DNA of 53,536 nt from Vicugna vicugna (taxonomy: Eukaryota): positions 1 through 53,536 of the forward strand of contig MU057893.1 of assembly GCA_013265495.1 (NCBI GenBank). Direction: 5' to 3'. Position numbers and translations under genes: made by a program. The first letter of the stretch is position 1, and every line of letters begins with the position of its first letter. Shown here in pieces: positions 1-11,636 of this stretch. The notes below the pieces were generated by a model, which saw nothing but the letters and a program-made list of their open reading frames with translations, was not told where the DNA came from and did not search any database.

Positions 1-856
1 CCCTAGTCTACAGTTATTCTTACTGTACTTAAAAAATGTAATAGGCAAGTTTCAGTCCCTAGCTTTTGAACTGCCACTGGACTTCTGGATATTCCCTTAG
101 GTCAAAGACCAAAACCGAAGTATTTATTCAAATTTAAAGCAGTTGCTCAAACACTTTAAGACATTCAATATCTATATCCAGTTACAGGAATGAATTAAGC
201 TTTCTGAACCTTAAAAAAATAGAAATCTACTGCTGAAAATGAAATTCTGCCATGTCTCCTGACCATAAATATAAAGGCTCTAAATAAATGCTCCCTTTAC
301 TGTTTCACTACCAGCATAGGTGATGATCATTGCTTTTATGCAAGATGAACGAACGCCTCTCCACATGCTCAACTCTTAGAGTTGAATGTCTGTGAAAGCC
401 GTCAATCACCTACCTTTTTGGGAACACACTGTTTCTTTTCATTGGGAAACTACACTGCATACATACATATGGGGAGGTAATACCTCCAACTCGGTTTTAC
501 AGTGAAAACTGCATGAATTTCAAACCCGCTCTGGGAAAAATACTGAGAAACCAGAGTAAGTGTTTCTACTGTAACCCATTGCCTTCATCCAAGATGAACA
601 AACGCCTCTCTCCATGCTAAGTTCTGAGAGATGAATGTGTGCAAAAGCCACGTATCCGTTAGCTTGTATGGAACACAAAGTTTCTTTTGAGTGGGGAACT
701 ACACTACATACATATATATGGGGAGGTAATATTTCCAAGTCGACTTTACAGTGAAAACTGCACGAACTTCAAACCGGCATTAGGAAAGAAACTGAGAAAC
801 CAGAGTAAGTGTTTCAACTACAACCCGTTCCTTTTATGCTCGATGAACGAACGTAT
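1..856 (+). repeat. Left copy of long inverted repeat (unique flank 1-327 plus first ~2 monomers)
   Basis: Reverse complement of 10804-11636. Positions 221-856 are identical to the reverse complement of 10804-11439 (checked line by line). Positions 1-220 differ by a few substitutions, a poly-A length change and a 25-bp indel (17-41). Confidence 0.97.
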
Positions 857-3800
857 CTCAACATGCTCTATTCTGAGATTTAATTGCGTGTGAAAGCCGT
901 TAATCACACAGCTTGTTGGGAACAGACAGTTTCTTTTGATTTGGGAACTACACTAAATTCATAAATATGGGGACGTACTGGCTCCACTTCGGTTTTACAG
1001 TGAAAACTGCATGAATTTCAAACTTTAATTTGGAAACATTATAAACTGTAGTAAGTGTTTCTACTGCAACTCATTCCCTTCATTTTAGATGAACCAACGT
1101 CTCTCCACAGGCCCAGTTCTGAGAGTTGAATGTGTGCAAAATCATCTATCACTAATCTTGTAGGGAACACACAGTTTCCTTTGAGTGGGGAACTACACTA
1201 AATACATATATATGGGGAGGTACTAGTTCCAGGTCGATTTTACAGTTAAAACAGCATGAAATTCAAACCGGCACTAGGACTAATACTGAGATATCAGATA
1301 AGAGTTTCTACTGTAACTCATTAACTTTATGCTAGATGAACGAACTTCTCTGCACATGTTTAATACTGAAAGTTACAAGTGTGTGAAAGCCGACATTCAC
1401 CTAGGTTGTTGGGAACACTAACATTCTTTTCATTTGGAAAATAAACTTCATATATATATATATGGGGTGGTCCTAGCTCCAACCCGGTTTCGCAGTGAAC
1501 ACTGCATGAATTTCAATCAGGTAGTATGGAACATACTGAGAATGCAGAGTAAATGTTTCTACTGGAAAACATTTTCTTTATTCTAGATGAACGGAAGTGT
1601 CTCTACGTGCTCAATTCTGAGAGATACATGCCTGTGAAGCCGTCATTCACGTAGCTTTTTGGTAACACTAAGATTCTTTAAAGTTGGAAACTACACTACA
1701 TACATATATATGGGGAGGTACTAGCTCCAACACGGTTTTACAGTGAAAAGTCCATGAACTTCACACCGGCACTAGAAAATATAGTGAGAAACCAGACTAA
1801 TTGTTTCAACTTCAGCCTGTTCCCTTTATGCTTGATGAATGAAATTCTGTCCACATGCTCAGTTCAGAGAGATAATGATGTGCGAAAGCCATCATTCACC
1901 TATCCTGTTAGGAACACGAAGATTCTTTTCAGTTGGTAATTACACTACATACATATATATGGGGATGCACGAGCTCCAACTTGGTTTTACAGTGAAAACT
2001 GCATAAATGACAAACCGGCACTAGGAAATATACTGAGAAATCAGAGTAGCTGTTTCTAATGCAAAACATTCCCTTTATGTTAGATGAACAAACGTCTCTC
2101 CACAAGCACTCTTCTGAGAGATAAGGGTGTGTGAAAGCTGTCATTCACCTAGCTTATAAGGGACACCAAGATTCTTTACAGTTGGAAACTACACTAAATA
2201 CTTATATATGGGTAAGTACTAGCTCCACCTCGGTTTTACAGTGAAAACTGCATGAACATCAAACCTGAACTCGGAAACATACTGAGAAACCAAAGTAAAT
2301 ATTTCAACTGCAACCCAATCCCTATATGCTAGATGAACAAACGTCTCTCCACATGCTCACTTCTGAGAGAATGATGTGCAAAAGCCATCATTCACCGAGC
2401 TTGTTGGGAACACAATGTTCCTACTCAGTTGGAAACTACACTACATTTATATATGTGAGGAGGTTCTAGCTCCAAGTTCTACCGTAAAAATTACATGAAC
2501 TTCAAACCAGCACTAGGAAAGATACTGAGAAACCAGAGTAAGTGTTTCTACTGCAACCCTTTCCCTTTATGCTAGACGAACGAACGTCTCTCCACATGCT
2601 TTGTTTTGAGAAATAAGTGTGTGTGAATGTCGGCATTCACCTTGCTTGTGGGAACACAAAGATTCTTTTCAGTTGGAAACTACAATACGTACATATATAT
2701 GGGGAAGTACCAGCACCAACAAGGATTTACGGTGAAAACTGCATGAACTTCAAACCGGCACTAGGAAACATACTGAGAAAACAGAGTAAGTGTTACTCCT
2801 GCAACCCGTTCCCTTTGTGCTGGATGAAAGAACGTCTTCCCACATGCTCACTTCTGAGAGATAAGGGACGTTAAAAGCCGTCATTCACCTAGCTTGTTAG
2901 GAACACAAAGTTTGTTTTCAGTGGGAAAATACACTACATACATATACATGGGTAGGTACGAACTGCAACTCAGTTTTATAATGAAAAATGCATGAACTTC
3001 AAACAGGCACTGAGAAACATACTGAGAAAACTGAGTAACATTTTCTAATGCAACCCATTCCCTTTTTACTAGATGAACGAACGTATCTCCACATGCTCAG
3101 TTCTGAGAGATAAGTGTGTGTGAAAGCCGTCATTCAACTAGATTGTTCAGAACACAAATTTTCTTTTCATTAGAAACTACACTACATACATATATATCGG
3201 GATGTATTAGCTCCAACTCAGTTGTACAGTTAAAACTGCATGAACTTGATACCGACACTAGGAAACATACAGAGAAACCACAGTATTTGTTTCAAATGCA
3301 AACCATTCTTTATGATAGATGAACGAAATTCTTTCCAAATGCTCAGTTCTGAGAGATAAGTGGTTGTGAAAGCCGTCATTCACCTAAGTTGCTGGGAAGA
3401 TAAAATTACATTTCAGTTGGAAAATACACTACATTAAATTATATGGGAAGGTACTAGCAGGAAATCGTTTTTTACACTGAAATTTGCATGAATTCCAAAC
3501 CGGCACTACGAAAAATACTTAGAAACAACAGTAAGTTTTTCTACTGCAACCCATTCCCTTTATGCTAGATGAACAAAAGTCTCTCCACATGCTGACTTCT
3601 GAGAAATAAGGCTGTGTGAAATCCGTGATTCAATTATCTTGTTGAGAACAAAGTTTCTTTTCAGTTGAGAATTACACTACATTCATATATATGGGTGAGG
3701 TTCTACCTCCAAATCGGTTTTACAGTGAAAACTGCATAAACATATAACGGGCACTAAGAAACATACTGAGAAACTAGAGTAAGTGTTTCATCTGCAACTT

Positions 3801-6800
3801 ATTCCCCTTATGCAAGACAAGCATACTGTCTCCACGTGCTCACTTCTGAGAGATAAGGGTGTGTGCAAGCTTCATTCACCTAGCTTGTTGGGAACACAAA
3901 TTTTCTATTCAGTTGGAAACTACGCTACATTCATACCTATGGGGAAGTTCTATCTCCTACTCGGTTTTATAGTGAAAAATGCATAAACATCAAACTGGAC
4001 TGGGAAACATACTAAGAAACCAGAGTATTTGTTTCAACTACAACAGATTCCGTTTATGCTAGATGAACGAACGTCTCTCCTCTTGCTCAGCTCTGAGAGA
4101 TAATTGTGTGTGAAAGCCGTCATTCATCTAGCTTTTTAAGAACACGAAGTTTCTTTTCAGTTGGAAATTACACTATATACATACATATGGGGATATACGA
4201 GCTCAAACTCGGGTTTACAGTGAAAACTTCTTGCACTTCAAATCGGTTCAAGGAAAATTACTGAGAAATAAGAGTAGCTGTTTCTATTGCAACCCATTCC
4301 CTTTAACCTAGATGAATGATTGTCTCTCCACATGCTCACTTCTAAGAGATAAGCATGTGTAAGCCATCATTCACTTTTCTTGTAGGAATACAAAGTTCCT
4401 TTTCAGTTGGAAAATACACTACATTAATATATATGGAGAGGTACTAGCTCGAACTCATTTCTACACTGAAAATTGCATGAACTTCAAACCGGCACTAGGA
4501 AACATACAGAGAAACCAGAGTAAGTGTTTCATCTGCAAACTATTCCCTTTATGCAAGATGAGCAAACGTGTCTCCACATGCTCACTTTCGAGAGATAAGG
4601 GTGTTGAAAGCCGTCATTCATCTAGCTTGTAGGGAACACAAAATTTCTATTCAGTTGGAAACTACACTACATTCATATATATAGGGAGGATCAAACTCCA
4701 ACTCTGTTTTATAGTGAAAATTGCATAAACATCAAACCGGTAGGAAACATACTAAGAAACCAGAATATGTATTTCAACTACAACAAATTCCCTTTATGCT
4801 AGATGAACGAAAGTCTTTCCCCATGCTCAATTCTGAGAGATAAGGGAGTGTGAAAGCCGTTATTCACCTAAATTGTTGGGAACACAAAATTTTTTTCAGT
4901 TGGAAACTACAGTGCATACATATATAGGGAGGTAAGGGCTCCAACACAGTTTTACAGTTAAAATTGCATTAATATCAAACCGGCACTAGGAAACATACTG
5001 AGAAACCAGAGTAAGTGTTTCTACTGTAACCCATTCCCTTTATGCTTAGTTAATGAACGTCTATCCACAAGCTGAGTCCTGAGAGTTAAGTGTGTGATAG
5101 CCGATATTCACATAGGTTGTTGGGAACACAAAGTTTCTTTTCAATTGGAATGTACACTACATACATATATATGTGGAGGTAATAGCTCCAACTCGGGTTT
5201 ACAGTGAAAACTGCATGAAATTCAAACCATCACTAGTAAACATACTGAGAAACCAGTTAAATATTTCTTCTGAAACCTATTCCCTTGACGCCAAATGAAC
5301 GAACGTCTCTCCACATGCTCAGTTCTGAGAGATAATTGTGTATGAAAGCTGCCATGCACCTCTCTTGTTAGGAACACAATCTTCTTTTCAGTTGGAAAAT
5401 ACCCTACATACATATATATGTGGAGGTAATAGCTCCAACTCGGTTTTACAGTGAAAAATGCATGAACTTGTAACCGGCACTAGGAAATAAACTCAGAAAA
5501 CAGAGTAACTGTTTTTACTGCAAACCATTCCCTTTATGCTAGATGAAAGGCAGCCTCTCCAATTGCTTAGTTCTGAGAGTTAATTGTGAGTGAAAGCCAT
5601 TTATCACCTGGCTTTTTGGGAACAGAAAGTTTCTTTTAAGTTGGAAACTACACTACACACATGAATAAGGGGTGGTACGAGCTCCAACTCAGCTCTACAG
5701 TGAAAACAGCATGAAGATCAAACCGGCACTAGGAAACATACTGAGAATCCAGAGTAATTATTTCTAATGAAACAAACTCCCTTTACGCCAGATGAACGAT
5801 CTTCTCTCCACATGCTCAGTTCTGAGAGTTATGTGTGTGTTGAAGCTGACATTCACATAGCTTGTTGGGAAAACAAAGTTTCTTTACAGATGAAAACTAC
5901 CCTACATATATATATATGTATATGGATATGTATAAGTATATATATATGTGGAAGTACTAGCTCCAACACTGTTTTACAATTAAAATTGCATGAACTTGAA
6001 ACCGGCACTAGGAAACATACTGAGAAACCAGAGTAACTGTTTCTACTGCAACCCTTTCCCTTTAAGATAGATGAACGAAAGTCTCTCCACATTCTCAATT
6101 CTGAGAGTTAAGTGTGTGTGAAATCCTCCAGTAACCTTGCTTGTTGGGAACACACAGTTCCTTTATATTTGGAAACTGCACTACATACATATATATGGGA
6201 GGTACAAGCTACAACTCTGTTTTACAATGAAAACTGCATGAATCTCAAATCGGAACTAAGAAACTAACTGAGGAGCATAAGTGTCTCTACTGCAACATCT
6301 TTATGCTAGATGAACGATCGTCTTTCCACATTCTCAGTTCTGAGAGATATCTATGTTTGAAAGCCGTCAATCACCTAGCTTGTTGAGAACACACAGTTTC
6401 TTTTCAGTAGGAAACTTCAGTACATACATATATATGTGGAGGTACTAGCTCCATCTCAGCTTTACAGTGAAAAGTGCATGAATTTCAAACCGGCACTAGG
6501 AAACAGACTGACAAACCAGAGTAAGTGTTTCTACTGCAACACATACACTTAATGCTAGATCAACGAACGTCACTACACATACTAATTTCTTAGAGTTAAG
6601 TGTGTGTTAAAGCCATAAATCACATAGCTTTTTAGGAACACACAGTTTGTTATTAGTGGAAAACTATACTACATGCATATATATGGTGAGGTACTAGTTC
6701 CAACATGTTTTAACAGTGAAAATTGCATGAAATTCAAATTTGCAAAATGAAAAATTCTGAAAAAGCAGAGTAAGAGTTTCTACTGCAAATCATTTTTTAT

Positions 6801-7132
6801 GCTAGATGAATTAACGTCTCTCCACATGCTCAGTTCTGAGAGATATGTGTGTGTGAATGCCATCAATCACCTAGCATTTTGGGAACACAGTGTTTCTTTT
6901 CAGTTGGAGACTACAATACATACCTATATATGGGAAGGTACTACATACAACACGGTTTTACAGTGAAAATTGCAAGAACTTCAAACCGGCACTAGGAAAC
7001 ATACTGAGAAACCAGAGTAAGTGTTTCTACAGCAACGCATTCCATTTCTTCTACATGAAAGAACGTCTCTTCACATCCTGAATCCTGAGATGTAAATGTG
7101 TGAAAGTCGACAATCACCTGGGTTTTTGTGAA
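328..7132 (+). repeat. Tandem satellite array, ~249-bp monomer, ~28 copies (left arm)
   Basis: The motif AGTGAAAACTGCATGAA and variants recur at 501, 750, 999, 1244, 1494, 1742, 1991, 2240... (period 245-250). Monomers are visibly diverged. The consensus includes CATACTGAGAAACCAGAGTAAGTGTTTCTACTGCAACCCATTCCCTTTATGCTAGATGAACGAACGTCTCTCCACATGCTCAGTTCTGAGAG. Confidence 0.97.
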
Positions 7133-10100
7133 ACTTACTCTGGTTTCTCATTATGTTTCCTAATACCTATTTGAAGTTCAAGCAGTTTTCACGGTGAAAG
7201 GATCTGGAACTAGTACCTCCCCATGTATATGAATGTACTGTAGTTGTCCACTGAAAAGAAACTTTGTGTTCAGAACAACCTTGGTGATTGATTGCTTTCA
7301 CGCACACTTCACTCTCAGAATTGAGCATGTGGACAGACGTTCGTTCATCTAGCAGAAAGGGAATGGGTTGCAGTAGAAACATTTACTCTAGTCTCCCCGT
7401 ATATTTCCAAGTGCCGGTTTGACTTTCATCAAGTTTTCACGGAGAAGGCGAGTTTGAGATTGTACTTCCCCATATATATTTATGTAGGGTGTTTCCCACA
7501 GTAAAGAAACTATGTTTTCCCAACAAGCTAGGTGATTGATGGCTTGCACACACACTTAACTCTCAGAATTGAACATGTGGAGAGACGTTCGTTCATCTAG
7601 CATAAAGGTAAAGGTTTCCATTAAAAACAGTTACTCTGGTTTCTCTCTATGTTTCCTAGTGCCGGTTTTAAGTTCATGCAGTTTTCACTGCAAAATCAAT
7701 TTGGAGCTTTTAGTTCCCCCATTCAATTGTATGTAGTGTAGATTACCAGTGAAAAGAGTCTGTGTGTTCCCAACAAGCTAGGTGATTGATATCTTTCACA
7801 CACACTTAACTCTCAGGATGCAGCACCAAGAGAGACGTTCGTTCATCTAGCAGAAAGGGAATGGGTGGAGGAGATTCACTTACAATGGTTTCTCAGTATG
7901 TTTCCTAGGACCGGTTTCATGTTCATGCAGTTTTCACTGTGAAACCGAGTTGGAGCTAGTACTTCCACATATATAAGTATGTACTGTAGTTTCCCACTGA
8001 AAAGAAACAGTGTTCTGAAAAAGCAAGTTGATTGACTACTTTCACAAACACTTAACTCTCAGAATTCAGCATGTGGAGAGACGTTCGTTCATCTAGCATA
8101 AAGGTAATGGGAAGCATTAGAAATAATTACTCTTGTTTCTCAGTATGTTTCCTAGTGCTTTTTAGAAATTCTTGCAATTTTAACTGTAAAACAGTTGGAG
8201 CTTGTACCTCTGCATATATATGTACGTAATGTAGTTTCCAACTGAGAACAATCTGTGTGTTCTCAAATAGATTGGTGGTTGTCGGCTTTCACATACACTT
8301 AACTCTAAGAACTGTGCATGCGGAGAGACTTTCATTCATCTAGCATAAAGACAATGTTTTGCAGTAGAAACACTTACTCTGGGTTCTCAGTATGTTTCCT
8401 AGTGCTGGTTTGAAGTTCATGCAGATTCAACTAAAAGGCAATTGAAGCTAGTACGTCCCCATATATTTCTATTTAGTGTAATTCCCCACTCAAAAGAAAC
8501 TGTGTTTTCCCAACAAGCTTGGTGTGAATGCTTTCATAAACACCTAACTCTCAGAATTGAGCATGTGGAGAGACGTTCGTTCACATAGCATAAATGGAAT
8601 GGGTAGCAATCAAAACACTTACTATGGTTATTCAGTATGTTTCCAACTGCCGGTTTGAATTTCATGTACTTTTCTCTGTAAAATCAAGTTGGAACTTGCA
8701 CCTCCCCATATATATGTATGTAATGTAGTTTCCCATTGAAAAGAAACTGTGTGTTCCCTTAAAATATGTGATTGACGGATTTCTCACACATTTAACTGTC
8801 AGAATTAAGCATGTGGATAGACATATGCTCATCTAGCTTAAAGGGAATAGGTTGCAGTAGAAACAATTACACTGGTATCTCACTGGGTTTCCTAGTGCCT
8901 GTTTGAACTTCATGTAGTTTTCACTGTAAAACAAGTTGGAGCTAGAACTTCCCCATACATATGTAGGTAGTGTAACTTCCCAGACAAAACAAACTGTGTG
9001 TTCCCAACAAGCAAGTTGCTTGACGACATTCACACACACTAAACTCTCAGAACTGAGCATTTGGAGAGACGTTAGTCAATCTAGCATAAAGGGAATGGGT
9101 TGAAGTAAAAATATTTACACTGGTTTCTCAGTATGTTTCCCAGTGTCGTCTTGATGTTCATGAAATTATCACTTTAAGAGAGATTTGGAGCTATTACCTC
9201 CTCATATATATGTATGTACTGTAGTTTCCAATTGAAAATAATCTGTGTGTTCCCAACAAGCTAGGTGATTGACGGCTTTCACACACACTTAACTCTCAAA
9301 ACTGGGCATTTGAAGAGACGTTCCTTCCTCTAGCATAAAGGGAATGGTTTGCAGTAGAAACCCTTACTCTGGTTTCTCAGTGTGTTTCCTAGGGCTGGTT
9401 TGAATTTACTGCAGTTTACACTGTAAAAGCGAGTTGGAGCTAGTAACTAAACATATATATGTATGCAGTGTACTTCCGTACTCAGAAGAAACTGAGTGTT
9501 CCCTAAAAGCTTGGTGATTGACGGCTTTCACACACACTTAACCCTCAGATCTGTGCATGTCGAGAGACATCCGTTCAACTAGCATAATGGAATGAGTTGC
9601 AGTAGAAATAGTTAGTCTGGTTTCTCAGTATATTTCCTAGAGTCGGTTTTGAAGTTCATTCAGTTTTCAATGTAAAAGAGAGTTGGAACTAATACCTCCG
9701 GATATATATATATATATGCATTGTAATTTCGCACTGAAAACAAACTGTGATCTCAACAAGCTAAGTTATTGACGGCTTTAACACAGATTTAACTATCTGA
9801 AGTGAGCATGTTGAGAGACATTCGTTCATCTAGCATAAAGGGAATGATTTGCTCCTGAAACACTTACTCTGGTTTCTCAGTATGTTTCCTAGTTCCAGGT
9901 TGAATTTCACGCAGTTTTCATTGTAAAAGCGAGTCGTAGCTTGGACCTCCTCATATATATGTATGTATTGTAGTTCCCCAATCAAAATAAACTGTGTGTG
10001 CCCTACAAGTTATGTAATAGTTGGCTTTTGCACAGAGTCAACTTTCAGAAGTGAGCATGGGCTGAGGTGTTAGTTCATCAAGGATGAAGGAAATGGGTTA

Positions 10101-11332
10101 CAGTTGAAACACTAATCTAGTTTCTCAGTATGTTTCTTAGTGCCGGTTTTAAATTCATAAAGTTTTCAGCGTAAAACCTATTTGGAGCTAATACCACTCC
10201 ATATCTATATATATATGTAGTATATTTCCCCACTCAAAAGAAAATATGATCCCTACAGGCTTACTGATACATGACTTTCGCACACATTCACTCTTAGAAC
10301 TGAGCATGTGGAGAGGCATTTTTTCATCTAGCATAAAGGGAATAGGTTGCAGTAGAAACACTCTGGTTTTTCTGTATGTTTCCTACTGCCGGTTTGAAGT
10401 TCATGCAGTTATCACTGTTAACCGAGCTTGAGCAAGTACCTCCCCAAATATATGTATGTAGTTATTTGTCCACTCAAAAGAAACTGTGTGTTCCCTACAA
10501 GCTAAATGATAGATGGTTTTCACTCGCATTAAACTCTCAGAACAGAGCATGTGGGCAGGAGTTCGTTCATCAAGCATAAAGTGAATGGGTTGCAGTAGAA
10601 ATAATTACTCTGGTTTCTTCGTATGTTTCCTAGTTCTGGTAAATTTACTGCAGGATTCACTGTAAAACAGAGTTGGAGCTACTACGTCCCCATATTTATG
10701 AATGTAGTGCAGATCCCCACTCTAAAGGAAATATTTGTTTCCAACAAGCTGGGTGATTGACGGCTTTCACACGCACTTAAGTTTCAGAATAGAACATGTT
10801 GATATACGTTCGTTCATCGAGCATAAAAGGAACGGGTTGTAGTTGAAACACTTACTCTGGTTTCTCAGTTTCTTTCCTAATGCCGGTTTGAAGTTCGTGC
10901 AGTTTTCACTGTAAAGTCGACTTGGAAATATTACCTCCCCATATATATGTATGTAGTGTAGTTCCCCACTCAAAAGAAACTTTGTGTTCCATACAAGCTA
11001 ACGGATACGTGGCTTTTGCACACATTCATCTCTCAGAACTTAGCATGGAGAGAGGCGTTTGTTCATCTTGGATGAAGGCAATGGGTTACAGTAGAAACAC
11101 TTACTCTGGTTTCTCAGTATTTTTCCCAGAGCGGGTTTGAAATTCATGCAGTTTTCACTGTAAAACCGAGTTGGAGGTATTACCTCCCCATATGTATGTA
11201 TGCAGTGTAGTTTCCCAATGAAAAGAAACAGTGTGTTCCCAAAAAGGTAGGTGATTGACGGCTTTCACAGACATTCAACTCTAAGAGTTGAGCATGTGGA
11301 GAGGCGTTCGTTCATCTTGCATAAAAGCAATG
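7133..11332 (-). repeat. Same ~249-bp satellite in reverse orientation, ~17 copies (right arm)
   Basis: Reverse-complement motifs (CTCTCAGAACTGAGCATGTGGAGAGACGTTCGTTCATCTAGC; GGTGATTGACGGCTTTCAC) recur every ~248 bp from ~7283 to ~11250. Confidence 0.97.
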
Positions 11333-11636
11333 ATCATCACCTATGCTGGTAGTGAAACAGTAAAGGGAGCATTTATTTAGAGCCTTTATATTTATGGTCA
11401 GGAGACATGGCAGAATTTCATTTTCAGCAGTAGATTTCTTTTTTTTTTTAAGGTTCAGAAAGCTTAATTCTTTCCTGTAACTGGATATAGATATTGAATA
11501 TCTTAAAGTGTTTGAGCAACTGCTTTAAATTTGAATAAATACTTCGGTTTTGGTCTTTGACCTAAGGGAATATCCAGAAGTCCAGTGGCAGTTCAAAAGC
11601 TAGGGACTGAACTTTGCCTATAACTGTAGACTAGGG
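10804..11636 (-). repeat. Right copy of long inverted repeat
   Basis: Ends ...TAACTGTAGACTAGGG (11621-11636), the reverse complement of positions 1-16. The ORFs 520..738(-) and 10922..11140(+) translate identically. Confidence 0.97.

Noticed and set aside
6068..6106. C/D snoRNA array (AGATGA...CTGA)
   Set aside because: No canonical RTGATGA C box, the interval is too short, and there is no terminal stem.
8083..8100. CENP-B box around GTTCGTTCATC
   Set aside because: Only TTCG matches; the essential CGGG is absent.
520..11140. Short ORFs in the satellite, including two identical 72-aa ORFs
   Set aside because: Chance frames in tandem repeats. The identity simply reflects the inverted repeat, and frames are broken in most monomers.
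328..11332. CRISPR-like array
   Set aside because: Whole 249-bp units are homologous with no unique spacers, the context is mammalian, and there are no cas genes.
11327..11370. GCAATGATCATC (AMII) resembling the start of ANO6 exon 18
   Set aside because: Similarity stops after four codons and this copy is on the wrong strand. Its mirror at ~290-333 has no further match either.
1..11636. Foldback-type DNA transposon with tandem-repeat TIRs
   Set aside because: The symmetry runs off the window edge, so no terminus or TSD can be defined, and there is no transposase. Inverted duplication is the simpler explanation.
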